From Octopus vulgaris (taxonomy: Eukaryota): DNA of 64,000 nt. Position numbers and translations under genes: made by a program. The stretch's first letter is position 1. Every line of letters starts with the position of its first letter. Where the stretch lies: assembly GCA_951406725.2 (NCBI GenBank), contig OX597816.1:108686001-108750000 (forward strand), written 5' to 3'. Shown here piece by piece: positions 12,527 through 26,231 of this stretch. The notes beneath the pieces are model-generated. The model did not search any database and was not told the DNA's origin. It saw only the letters and a list, made by a program, of their open reading frames with translations.

Positions 12527-13014
12527 CTTGAAAAAACGACGGGATGTTCCAAGTTGGAATGGTTTTGATTATAAAACTGATGATTAATGCTGACATTAGG
12601 TACATCCCAATAATAGGGTGTGTGTGTGTATGTGTGTAACAAGTGACAATATATACAATATACGCAGAAAATATTATTAAGAAAGGGAAATAGTAAGACG
12701 CTTATATTACACAAGCTACAACATAACTTGAGGTGTAACTAGATCGGTACCCCCCGCCCCAACTCTGGACTGTGTTTCCTCCTAACTTTCTGAAAAATGC
12801 ATTTTTTTTCAAAGTACAGGGATACGTTCTGGAGAGTGTAGATTACAATTAAGTTTTATCACGCTGGGACACAGCCTTGAAAGGTTTGCTCGAACAAATC
12901 GACGCCAGTACTTATTTTTAAGTTTGGTACGTGTTCTATCGGTTGTTTTGCTGAACTACTAAGTTACAGGGACGTAAACAAGCTAATAGTAGTTGTAAAG
13001 TGGTGGTGGTGGAA

Positions 13015-13069
<55 letters not shown>

Positions 13070-13799
13070 GACGAGCTTCTTTCAGTTTCCGTCTACCAAA
13101 TCCACCTCAAGGCTTTATGTTGATTTAGAAAAAACTTTTTCAGAAGAATTTTGTATCGTTCTTTATCTCTCCCGCCCACACTTCGTTACCCCTAATTTCT
13201 ATAACTTTATCATTTTTTTTTTCACTTGTTCTTTTCAAACTCGTTTGAATTTTCAATTTTATGTAATCCACTCACTCGAAAACGTATCTCTGCAAAAGGT
13301 TGTTTTTTTTTTATTTATATTTTTTGTAATATTATCAGCATAATCATTATCTACACTCTCAAAAATGTAGTTCTATAAAATTTCATGAGGAAAAAATGCA
13401 TTTCTCAAACACTTATATGGAAACATTAATCTGAAGTTATATCGAACTGCATGCATAAAAAATATATATATAGTACGTATGCATATACACTCATTGGCGT
13501 TGTTAACCAAGTCGAGTACCCCTTGGTAACCTGTCAAATATATAATTATAGAATTCACTAAATTCAGAAAGTCAATTTTATCTGTTTGTTTTGTTTTCAT
13601 TCATTTATTGATAAGTGTAACCCACTGTTACAAACATAGAAACTATATCCAACACTCTTAAAAGTGTTTACTGTAGCAATTCAGAGTACATTTTTAAAGA
13701 AAATTACTCCCTCTTTAGTAAGCGCTTTAGTGGCTGACACCCTCACTAATCGTCGCAGCATTGTAGACATAGAACGTGGCATATGTGGGTAGATAATTC

Positions 13800-13996
13800 T
13801 TTGTATTTTCGACACAAGGCCAGGTAGGAATATAGTCGATTACATCGACACCCAGTGCTCAACTGGTATTTATTTTCTCGACCTCGAAAGAATAAAAAGA
13901 TAAATCAACCTCGGTGAAATTTGAACTCCGAACATAAAGACGGACGAAATGCGCTAGGCATTTTGTCTGACGTACTAACGATTCTGCCAAGCTCAC
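13800..13996 (-). mobile_element. SINE family B copy (others at ~17917-18082 -, ~24604-24748 +, ~40693-40790 +, ~42752-42960 -)
   Basis: Homologous core and head. Confidence 0.75.
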
Positions 13997-16443
13997 TACG
14001 TATATGACAAGAGCATGTGTCAAACATGTATCTGTACTCCCAGAGAATTTTGCTCCTCCGTATATTCCCAACCTTCGTGTAAATGCATGCATTTGCACTT
14101 TCCAAAATATACTTGTTTACCAAGTCAGTGAGGAAGCTTGTGTTCGACCTGCTAAAAATAACAGCTAAGTCTCTCTTGAATCACATTTCTACCATTTTAA
14201 AAATGGAAGGACATATTGCATACTGTAATCCCAGATACATAGTGTCCGGATAGAAGATGGGATCGTCTGGACATAGGTTTATTCGATCAGAACTGAGCTG
14301 GGACAAAAAAAAACATCACATATGTGTGACAAAAGACAAGGAGAATGGAAGCTAGAATATGTGCATGCGAGTGTGTCCTAAATACAATTAAACGTGTAAG
14401 TACAGGGATATTAATGAATAGTATAAGTAATTATTAATAAATCCAGGACAGCTGGCGTAAACCGAAACAATGCCTTATTATAAAAAGAATAATGTTATGT
14501 TAATAACTAAAAAAAATAATTTAAAAAGATGTGTGCCAACAAGGGGGTTTCGTTCGAGCTGTTAGAAACAGTAGTTAAATCTCTTTATGTTGCACCATAT
14601 CGTCTTAAAAAAATGAATAGGACTAATTTGATATGATCTTAGACACACTTTCAGTTGGTCACGGCTGGAATGCCATTGATAATAATAGGTCTCTACTCGA
14701 TCAGAGCCCGAACTGGGACTAAACATCAACGACTAAGTATAAGACAGCTTGAGTGTGTTGGTGTGTGTGTGTTTGTGCGTCCATCCATGAAACTTCGTCA
14801 CGAAGCTAACACGAACCCTAAAGAAGCATTAGGGGAATGATATAGCCGGAGAGAGAGAGAGAGAGAGAGAGCGAGCTAAGTAAATGGACCCAATTCAACA
14901 CTGCCTCTTAGCCTTCTCTTAACAGCCCGCTCATTGGACCATAATAACAATATTGTATAGTCTCTTGTGTTTGACCGAAGAATGAGAAAACAATCACTAT
15001 TGTGTTTTGAAACTATACACCCACTAATAAAGAAAAAAACAACATTCATATACCCACAAATCCACACATTCATGTATATACACTCCCTTACTCCCGATCA
15101 TGCACCCACACACTTTCGTACACATGGACCGTTTTACACGTGCGCGCGCCAACATACACGTACACTTTCGTATACACTTTCATACAAACACATACACGAT
15201 GCACGCTTACGCACACGTTCATACCCTGTTTTATGAACATTACGTATATACTATAGTACAATAATTCAAAAACACTATGTCTATCTCTCTCATGCATACA
15301 CTTTCTCTACTATACAGAAAAATTACACGCTAACACTTCTTATCTAGTGGTATGTTTAATACAACTGCGGATAAAGCTTCCCAAAACAATGCTACTGTTG
15401 TTTGTATTAGCCACATTAAGATATGTGTGTGTCTAAGTATATAATGTATGTGTAAAATAACGTGTTTACATTTTGTTGTAACGTCAGTGTAGCAGAATGT
15501 ATCAAAGCATCATCGATATTCCTGGTAAATTCTCTTTTAGAGAAAAAGAGCAAACTCACTAGTAGAAATACTAGCGTTATATCCTTAGCGATGTTGTCTC
15601 AATGGGAGCGGGAAAAAAGAGAAAGAAAAAAAGTGGAGAAGACAAAAAAAAAAGTCGAAAGCAAGATATCTATTTTAAAAAAATCAACATGAAAATGTGA
15701 TTCACTCCTCTATCTCCTTCTCGGAATACAATACTAAAATAATTTTTTTTATAATTGCCAAAAATATGGGTTAGAGAGAGAGAGAGAACCCATAAATATT
15801 AGATAGGAATGGTTTATAATAACAGAGTATGAAGGGGGGACTTTAGTGCTATGTCAGTACGAATCATCTTTTAGGAATCTTTTTAGGGAGGATTCTGGGA
15901 GCACAACACGGGATGGTTAGAGCTCTTATAGTTCAGAGAGAGGGTTTCTGTGATTTTAGATCTGAATGAGCATTGGCACAATTAATTATTGCAATTGTTA
16001 CTATTTTGGTGAGAGATACTCGAGTGGAATGGAGTGGAGTGAAGTGTAGCTAGAGACGTAAATAAAGTGTTTGTGGACATGGATGACAAATCTGAGATGA
16101 ATGAATGGCGCGTGTGAGCAGAGGTTATATGTGCGTATGTTTATGTGAGAATGCTGAGTGTGTATTATCTTCACTTATCAGATATGTATGTAGGGTAGAG
16201 AAACAAAGAACGAATATGAAAGGTGGGGAATATAAAAATATCTAGCAACATGAATGCATTCGCTGAATGAGGTTTGTATCACTCTTATTTCATATTGATA
16301 TGAGTGAGTATAAATGTGTATTGTATATGAATATCTAAGTATAAGGCATTTTCGATAGTGCATATACAAGTGTAAGATACATAATTAAATTATATGCAAA
16401 TATAGATAGGCAGATAAATTTATATATACATATAAGCACATAG

Positions 16444-16447
<4 letters not shown>

Positions 16448-16490
<43 letters not shown>

Positions 16491-16497
16491 AACACAA

Positions 16498-16575
<78 letters not shown>
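16448..16575. repeat. (TA)n plus (GATA)n microsatellite
   Basis: Direct reading. Confidence 0.95.
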
Positions 16576-16576
<1 letters not shown>

Positions 16577-16739
16577 TGAATAAACGGATAGGGATAAACA
16601 GATAGACAGACAAATAAATAAATCGATGGAGAAAATGAAAGATCCACCAGTTAGTTTAGAGAGAATATTAAGTAGACCGAAAGAAAAAGAGACAAACAAA
16701 CAAACAATTCAACACAAAACTAAAACAACCCAATCTTAC

Positions 16740-16819
16740 CTGTGGAATAACTGCTGCTGAGAGCGGAGCGTGGAAATTTGGTCCTTGTATGAGTGTATCT
16801 CCAATTTTAACTGTAAGGT
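16740..16819 (-). CDS. Coding exon, probably same gene (TLQLKLEIHSYKDQISTLRSQQQLFH-S/R)
   Basis: gatttttgtag|ACCTTA...CCACAG|gtaag. 80 nt, phase 0-2, continues the coiled-coil-like sequence; an alternative in-frame acceptor lies 9 nt downstream. Confidence 0.7.
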
Positions 16820-17352
16820 CTACAAAAATCGAAAGGAAAAAAAAAGATATAAAGAGGCTACACTCGACTCACACTTGACAACGAATGGCTGTTGAAGGGT
16901 TTGGTTTGTGTTCTATATTAGGATTTATTTACGTTTTTTTCTTCTTTTTTTTGTAAGTGGCTGGAGTTACTCTAGACCAACAGTGAGTTGTGTGAGAAGG
17001 GTTTTAATGACATGAAGCAAGCAGATGAAGGAAAGGGGAGTAGCAGTAAGAGGAGAAGTAAGAGAATTTAATAGAGAAATAGAAGGAGGGAGTAAAAGAG
17101 TGAGGAAGTGAAAGAAAAAGTGAATAGAAAGATAGAGTAGGAGTGGAAAGAAACGCAAAGCTATAGAGAAAGACAAATTCAGATAAGAGAGTGGGAAGAA
17201 ATGCTCAGGAAAGACTAAGAGATGACAAAGTAACCAACTAGTGTTAGTGTATGAGTGTTAGTCACAGCAACTATCTGACCTTTTTGTTTGTAAACACAAT
17301 TGCATGTTCGCGTGTGTGTAAATCATACACATGCATCCCCCTTCTTTCTGTT

Positions 17353-17411
<59 letters not shown>

Positions 17412-17554
17412 TACTCTCACACAATGTATGTATGTATATATAAATATATATATAATATATATCATATAGAATGGTTGTATACTGTCAATCTATCGCCCCA
17501 CCACCGTACATGTCTCTACGAGAGATTTAGAAATTTAGTATTTCTGATATATCA

Positions 17555-17580
17555 TATATATATATATATATGTATGTATG

Positions 17581-17616
<36 letters not shown>

Positions 17617-17858
17617 CATACATACATATATATATATATACATGCATACATATATATATACATATATATATATACATGCATACATACATATATATATATA
17701 TACATGCATACATACATATATATATACATGCATACATACACATATATATATATACATGCATACATACATATATAATACATGCATACATACACACACACAT
17801 ATATATATACATATATATATATACATGCATACATACATATATATATATATACATGCAT

Positions 17859-17902
<44 letters not shown>
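17555..17902. repeat. Compound TA/TACA/CATG microsatellite
   Basis: Direct reading. Confidence 0.92.
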
Positions 17903-17903
<1 letters not shown>

Positions 17904-18107
17904 ATGCTTTATCTATATCCTTTTCTACTCTTGGTACAAAGCCCGAAATTTTGGGGGAGGGGATAGTCGATTAGATCGCCTCCAGTACGCAACTGGTACT
18001 TCATTAATCGACCCCGAATGGATGAAAGGTAAAGTCGACTTCGACGAAATTAGAACTCAGAACGTAAAGACAGACGAAAATGCCTATGCCTATATCGAAA
18101 GAATGCC

Positions 18108-18158
<51 letters not shown>

Positions 18159-18341
18159 GCACAAAAACAATATGTACATCTATATATACATACATATACA
18201 CAAATATGTACAAATATATATATATATATAAATGGAGTTAAACGCATTTATTCAAATTCTTTTACTTCTTACACATGTTTCGAAGATATCACTAGTATTA
18301 TTTTTCCCGTGTTAATTGTTAACAAAGGAAAAATACACACA

Positions 18342-18467
<126 letters not shown>

Positions 18468-19119
18468 ATTTTATACATAAATGCATACTTAAGAACATAC
18501 TATATAACATGATAAATTCTTGATTTATTGAAATTATTTCTGCATTTAAGAGTGTAAACTAATTGTTTGGTGGCATTTAGGATTTAGTCCAAATGAGAAG
18601 GAGATAATCTAAGAATCAAAAGCTCTCCAAAACTGACATGACATGCAATGAAAAACAGCAGTCTGGTTGTCAGCAGACAAGAAAACAGCTGTGAACGCAG
18701 GTTTCTGCTTCATTATCCGTCGTCACCGAAAGAAATTTTGCTACTTTATCTTCAGCAGAAGACACTGAGACACGCTGCTGGATTAAACCAGTCAGTAAAA
18801 ACAAAAGCACATGTTTAGGGCATCGAGGGAAGGGGAGTGCACCACAGAAATAGTAAAAGGTTTACGGTAGAAAACAAATCGATTTAAACTTGCTAAAATA
18901 ATATTCGAAGTGGTTTATATGAGCGGAAATATAATTTCGAAGGTTCATGATGTCATAGTGAGGATCTGATCAAATATTTTTTCATAGAAAAAAAATATAG
19001 GAGAAAACTTATCAAATATAAATAAAGTGAAAGTATACAAGATAAACATTATTTTCCAATTTGTTTCATTAAAAACAAAATTGAAATGTATTTTATGATT
19101 TATTATTGTTTATATTTTG

Positions 19120-19186
<67 letters not shown>

Positions 19187-19375
19187 ATAAATATTAGGGA
19201 ATAAATCCAAACTTACAGGGGAAAATCAGATTTAGGATTGAATCCAATTTTATAGTAAAATATTATATTATATTAAATTAGAGACAAAACCACTATTAGG
19301 CAAATCAAACAATGAAAAACTTAATCCAATACATAATATTATTTAATTTATATTATTTATATATATATATATATG

Positions 19376-19439
<64 letters not shown>

Positions 19440-19693
19440 GGGTGGGGTACACTAAAGTCTTTTAAGCGCTTGGGACTCCTATTTGTTTTAATCCGGTCCT
19501 AAGACATACAAAAGAGTATAGTGTACATTTATGGCGTATGAAATTTGCATAGATGAGACGAAAATGGGCTCAGAGAAATAATTTGGAGAAATCAGTGACA
19601 TGTATTTGAACAATGAATATAGATATAATAAATAACATAGACATAATATATAATATAATATAATAGAGATATAGATATAAATATAATAAATAA

Positions 19694-20058
19694 TCTATTA
19701 TATAAAATCCGTTCTGTCTGTCTGTGTGTCTTCTAGGATCTCGGGCATCCTCCATCCGATTGCGCTCAAATTTGATATGTAGATACCGACGGTATCAGGG
19801 CGTGTATAAGTCTTGAAAAAATTACAAAATCGATTCCAGGTGAGAATGCGATCGATAAAGCCGTGGGAACGTTTATTTGTACGCGCAAGTACATCAGCTG
19901 TTGCGATCGATACTACGCGTACGCGAGAAAAATGCACACGCAGTTTGCGCAAAAAAAAGCCGGCTGGCTTGAAATAATGCCACAAAATGCAGTACATTTA
20001 AGAGACCAAAAAAGATGCAAAAGAGTGTTCTCCCAGTCAGCAACCTTATCATTACTGG
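19694..20058 (+). mobile_element. Possible non-autonomous Helitron
   Basis: A|TCTATTATATAAAA start, (TCTG)n tract near the 5' end, CTGG|T end, no TSD. A 3' hairpin is not obvious. Confidence 0.45.
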
Positions 20059-20587
20059 TACTTTAAACTCTTCGGTTGCATATTTGTGTGAATAAAATCG
20101 TTTTTCTTTGGAATAGAAAAAAAGTCTATCTTTATTTCTTCTTTTGCTGGTGTCTCAAATTTAGGTTAAATCAGTGTTTCTCAAAGGGGGGCGGCTATGG
20201 GACGGTCGGACAAGTTGTTTGGAGAAAATTTGGTTTAAATGTTTGATAATTCAGCACCGTCCATTGGACGGGGGGCGTTTTGCTCTTATTTTATAAATAT
20301 GCATAAATATATGTATATGTATCCATGTGTGTGCGCGCGCGCGAGTGCACGCGTAGTTCACTTTGTCTTGCTTCTGTCGATCCATAGTTACATTTTAAGC
20401 AAAGGAAATATTTTCCGTATAAAACAAAAGTTGCAGGCTGCAGAAAATGAGTCCATGGACGTTAACAAACTGCTTGTAATCGCTCTCCCAGCCACTTATA
20501 TGTGTGCATTGTCTACTCGTGGTTTGTTACTTGAATTTCAGCTGGTTGGCTTGATATAATTTTCTTCAGAAAAAATGTTTGCTACAT

Positions 20588-21468
20588 AATCAGAGTACTA
20601 CTCGTATATGCTCTCCCGATCATTTATGCGTAGTTCGTTAATCGAATTTCAGTTCGTTATCCCAGTTTAATTTTCTTCGGAAAAAAACGTTCGTTATTAA
20701 ATTTGTTCCTTTAAAGAACCGTTCGTATATGAGTAACTCACTGTATGTATGTGCCGGGACGCAGAAATATTCAGGCTGGTGTCCGAGTACCCAATGAGGA
20801 ATTCCTGGTCTTTGTCAAGGCATCCCTCAAGAAGAAGGTAAACTCGTATATAATTCCTGCTGCTCTACTGGGCTGGATATCTTGCAATTTGCTTGACTCT
20901 GGGCTTCTCAGCATTGCTAGTAAGAGGTGTTGTGGTGTTGTGTAAGCCACACTCGACTTAAAACCCTTGCTTGCGTGGGTATTGCTGACACTTAACACTT
21001 GAACCTGTCAGCGATGGTCTCATGTTCGTCTAAAGAGTAGACAGCCATCATAATGTATGTATTAAGAGTCAGCAATACCCACGCAAGCAAGGGTTTTAAG
21101 TCGAGTGTGGCTTACACAACACCACAACACCTCTTACTAGCAATGCTGAGAAGCCCTGAGTCAAGCAAATTGCAAGATATCTGGCCCAGTAGAGCAGCAG
21201 GAATTATATACGAGTTTACCTTCTTCTTGAGGGATGCCTTGACAAAGACCAGGAATTCCTCATTGGATACTCGGACACCAACCTGAATATTTCTGCGTCC
21301 CGGCTCATATATACAGTGAGTTACTCATATACGAACGGTTCTTTAAACGAACAAATTTAATAACGAACGTTTTTTTCCGAAGAAAATTGAACTGGGATAA
21401 CGAACTAAAATTTGATTAACGAACTACGCATAAATGATCGGGAGAGCATATACGAGTGGTACGCTGAA
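20588..21468. repeat. Long near-perfect inverted repeat (~410-bp arms, ~65-bp spacer)
   Basis: 20588-20996 is the reverse complement of 21062-21468; mirrored ORFs 20771..20998(-) and 21053..21286(+) give nearly the same peptide. Confidence 0.95.
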
Positions 21469-21609
21469 TAAACAGCGTTTATGTATGCATGTGTGTGCAT
21501 GTATTTATGCGTTTATGTATGCATGTGTGTGCATGTATGTATGTGTATGTATGTATGCATGTATGTATGTATAGATGGATGGATGGACCAGACAGACAGA
21601 CAGATTGAC

Positions 21610-21747
<138 letters not shown>

Positions 21748-21877
21748 AGAGAGAGAGAGAGAGATCCCTTGTTGAGTCCGACATTACTACCATGGCCCTG
21801 CTCTGACCACCTCTTACGGGCCTTCCTTCCCAGAACTGTCAGCTTTCGTGTGTGTGTGTGTGTGTGTGCGTATAATA

Positions 21878-22272
21878 GGTGCAGGAGTGGCTGTGTGGTA
21901 AGAAGCTTGCTTCCCAACTACATGGTGCTAGGTTCAGTCCCATTGCGTGGTACTTTGGGTTAGTGTCTTCAGCTACTTCCTCGAGCCGACCAAAGTTTTG
22001 TGAGTGCATTTGGTTGACGGAAACTGAAAGAAGCCCGTCGTATATGTATATGTGTGTGAGTGTGTGTGCTTGTTTGCGTGCATGTTGTGTGTGTGTGTGT
22101 GTGTGTGTATCCCACCGCTCGACAATCGGTGTTGGTGTGTTTATATCTTCGTGAGCTAGCGGTTCGGCAAAAGAGACTGGTAGAATAAGTACCAGGCTCA
22201 AAATTATTTAATCGATTAAAATTCTTCATACACCAACATAGCCGCAGTCTAATGACTGAAACAAGATAAAGA
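21878..22272 (+). mobile_element. SINE family A copy
   Basis: Same head, core and tail as 1849-2283. Confidence 0.82.
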
Positions 22273-22299
22273 ATAAACGAATACACCCACCCACACACA

Positions 22300-22361
<62 letters not shown>

Positions 22362-22384
22362 ATATATATATATATATATATATA

Positions 22385-22515
22385 CAGGGTGTCCCAAAAG
22401 AATGTATACACACCTTAAATAATTGTAAATTTGTTATTCTTTGTAAGCCTAGTACTTATTCTATCGTTCTCTTTTGCCGAACCACTATGTGTATACATTT
22501 TTTTGGGACACCCTG
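22385..22515. mobile_element. 131-bp Tc1/mariner-type MITE
   Basis: TA|cagggtgtcccaaaagaatgtatacaca ... tgtgtatacatttttttgggacaccctg|TA. Confidence 0.8.
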
Positions 22516-23138
22516 TATATATATATATATGTATTCACACAAACCCGAATATAACTATGTGTGTCGTGTTTCTGAAAATATAATCTTCTGTAACACAATA
22601 CAATAAACATCTCATAATGTAACTTATCTACATTCAGTTTATAAAGTATCGCATAAAATTTCATACAAAATGTTGAACATGACTGTAGGGCTTTTTTCTA
22701 GATTTCGATTCGTACACTAAGTAACAAAAGAAAACAAAAACAAAATCACTGCAGTCTAACTATGGTGCGTATTTTTCGCAGAGAGACTGCTATGACTATT
22801 ATGAATATTAACGCAAAAGACACTAACTGGACAGTCGATCTGCAACAAATATAGGCAAATCTTTCTCGAATTGTATCTTAGTGTCAAGGACAAAAAAAAA
22901 AAAAAAAAGGACGTGAGCTTACATTAGAAAAGGGTTTCTTTACTAAACAGACGGTATAAGCTTTGCTGTAAAGCTTTCAATTTCAAATCTGCCAGGTCAG
23001 GTATGCCATGAGCTAAACAATATCAACAATAATAAATATATAGATATGAGTTTGTATGTATTTATATGAGAAATTTGAAATAACTAGGTGGTTTGAAATA
23101 TCTAGGTGGTGGATCATTATCAATATGAAGGACCCATA

Positions 23139-23142
<4 letters not shown>

Positions 23143-23214
<72 letters not shown>
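23143..23214. repeat. (TG)n microsatellite
   Basis: Direct reading. Confidence 0.95.
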
Positions 23215-23215
<1 letters not shown>

Positions 23216-23938
23216 TTATTACGTCTTGTGCAATTACAATTATATAATTATGGTTGTTGTTGTATTGTTATGTAGGAGTTATTGAACCAGCTGTAGGAAT
23301 GAATATTTTGAAATATCATTAATTACCTTCGGTACTTTTAGATTATCTCGCTCCCATTAAAAAATTGGGTTACCTCCCCCGTTTTACGAGAAACAACAGT
23401 ACTTTTGGACATCTCCCTCAACTAAAAAAATTCTTTAATCCTCAATAAAACAAAAACAATTTTAAAAATTAATAAACATGAAAACTGAAAAAATTAATAA
23501 GCATCAAAACTGAAAAAATCTGATAACATTTTTTACAACAAATCATACCATGCCTATTGAGGAAGCCAAACGTCAAGAAAGTGTTGAAGTATTGAATCAA
23601 AAGGATCTAACTCTTTTAATCCAATCTCTTGTCACCACATTAACTCGATTTTTTAGTGGGGAGATAACCCAATTTTTTAATGGCAATTTTTTTAATGGGA
23701 GTGAGATAACCAAAAAGTACCTTATCTTCAGTTGGTCTTTCAAATTCGCGCGCGTAGTTTTTTTTTTTTTTTTTACTAAATCTGAGAATTTGTCCCACAA
23801 CTCGAGTATCACGTCATTGAGATCTTCAGATAAAACGTTTTGTCTGAAGATCGCAGTGGCGTGAAACTCCAGTCGCGAGACTAACTCAGCTGTCTTCTTG
23901 TTTAGTTGTCTCCCCTGTCTCCCAACCCACTCATTCTC

Positions 23939-23975
<37 letters not shown>

Positions 23976-24827
23976 GAAATCGGCTGTAGTTAGTCCCAAC
24001 AAAGACGTGTTCTGCTAGGCTTAGGCACACAATATTTCACGACTAGATGGTATCTTTAGGTAGATGCTCTTGAGAAGAGGCTGCTGAGAGATATTTGGCA
24101 AAGCAGATCAAAAGTGCTTTTGGACACTGGGAGGCTGAACCCTCTTAAAATTCAAGTGGCTGTGAAGTTTTAGTGCGGTACCCAATAGAAAGTTACTGAC
24201 CCGCCTTCATTCTCTAGGTCCCAGACCAACGTATGAGCTGAGCCTGCATCTTATAGGTCCTGGTTTGCTTATATTTATATACACGTAGTTTTTCATTTTG
24301 CTATTTAGCATCTAAAATTGCGGATAAATTTGTCAGCGGACAGTTTAGCTTTCTGCTGAAGCACTCAACCGGAGTCTCGAGGGATGTGGCTTCGAGTCCC
24401 ATGGCTGTTTGTTGACAAATTTTTCCGCTTTGTAGGGTAATTTACCTAGTATTTCTGCTGCTCTAACGGCAATTTTGCGTTCGAGAAAAAAATATCACGT
24501 TATATGAATTCCATATTTCCAATTGGCGTAATATGCTTTGTATTTCTTCCATTTTTATTATATAAGTTCATCTCAACGGAGTAATTTTAATTATCTCGTC
24601 TTTATGTTCTGAGCTCAAAATTTCGTCGAGGTTGACTTTTTCTTTCATCTTTTGGGATCGATAAAATAAGTACCAGTTGAGCATTGGGATCTATGTAGTC
24701 AACTATCCCTGTCCCCAAAATGTCAGGCCTTCGGCCGATTGTAGAAATAATTATCTATCTCGTTCTTAGCACTCTTGTGGTTTATGATCACAAATCGAAA
24801 CGGTAAAATTTTCGTAAGCAATAACCA

Positions 24828-24998
24828 GGCGCAGGAGTGGCTGTGTGGTAAGTAGCTTGCTAACCAACCACATGGTTCCGGGTTCAGTCCTACTGCGTGG
24901 CATCTTGGGCAAGTGTCTTCTGCCATAGCCCCGGGCCGACCAATGCCTTGTGAGTGGATTTGGTAGACGGAAACTGAAAGAAGCCCGTCGTATATATG

Positions 24999-25029
<31 letters not shown>

Positions 25030-25256
25030 TTGTGTGTCTGTGTTTGTCCCCCTAGCATTGCTTGACAACCGATGCTGGTGTGTTTATGTCCCCGTCACTT
25101 AGCGGTTCGGCAATAGAGACCGATAGAATAAGTACTGGGCTTACAAAGAATAAGTCCCGAGGTCGATTTGCTCGACTAAAAAAAGGCGGTGCTCCAGCAT
25201 GGCCGCAGTCAAATGACTGAAACAAGTAAAAGAGAAAAGAGAAAAGAGTAAAAGAG
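24828..25256 (+). mobile_element. SINE family A copy (young, CpG intact); inverted partial copy at ~25268-25388
   Basis: Full head-to-tail match, ending in (AAAGAG)n. Confidence 0.88.
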
Positions 25257-25899
25257 AATTGATATAATTCTCTTTTACTTGTTTCAGTCATTTGACTGTG
25301 GCCATAGTCGAGCAAATCGACCCCAGGACTTATCGGTCTCTTTTGCCGAACTGCTAAGTTACGGGGACGTAAACACACCAGCATCGGTCCTCAAGCGAGC
25401 AGTGAGAATGAATGCTCAACATGCTTTTGATGGATAAATGTTCTTTATTTGTTGATTAACAACGCTACTAATGGTTTCATGTTGTGAGACTTTCCAGAAT
25501 TGTAAAACGATCCACTTAAAATGCTGGTCATCGCCTCTATTTCGGATGAGAATACACCAGATTACATGATTCTATGCGGGTCTTCAACATGATTGCACTG
25601 ATGAAGGAAGTTAACTTAAATTTCTTAACTGTTATTTCCTTTGCACTGGCTTTGGGATTTTGCAAAAATTCATGTTCAACATAGATTAATTACATTATGC
25701 AAGAACCTTCGCACACACCTATATCTACGTATATGTTTGTGTGTGTGTGTATGTATCCAGCGTGCCTTTTGTTGGTGTATGTGCATGTATATTTTATCAT
25801 TTATGGGGTTTTCACAGGTTTTAAACGCAAATTAGTCCATGAAGTTACAGTTCATAGAAATATAAATATATTTTGCGAATCGTGTGACATCTTGAATAG

Positions 25900-26231
25900 A
25901 GATCCCTTTCGGTCATGAACGACCATGGGATTGCACCTTGAAAATTCCCCTCCAAGGCACAATTCCAGGTAAGGTATTTTGTGGAAGACCAGCAGTTGCC
26001 CATGCATACCAGTCTCCCCTCTCCACGTCATGGATGTTGTCTAAAGGAAAGGGAAAGGCCGATACAGCTTGGCACCTGTGACGTCACAACTATTTCTACA
26101 GCTGATTGAACTGGAGCTACGTGAAATAAAGTATCTTGCCCAAGAACACAACACACAGCCCTGTCTGGGAACTGATCTCACAACCTCACGATTGTAAGCG
26201 CGACGCTCTAACCACTGAGCCATGCGTCTTC
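25900..26231 (-). mobile_element. tRNA-type SINE, family C head with a different body and tail
   Basis: Minus strand gcatggctcagtggttagagcgtcgcgcttacaatcgtgaggttgtgagatcagttccc...tcttgggcaagatactttatttcacg. Confidence 0.72.

Noticed and set aside
17331-17974. Long Y/I/H/T/C/V/M-rich ORFs (also 3393-3968, 56865-57397)
   Set aside because: Stop-free frames of dinucleotide and tetranucleotide repeats.
20771-21286. Pair of near-identical opposite-strand ORFs as duplicated genes
   Set aside because: A by-product of the palindrome; no recognisable motifs or splice context.
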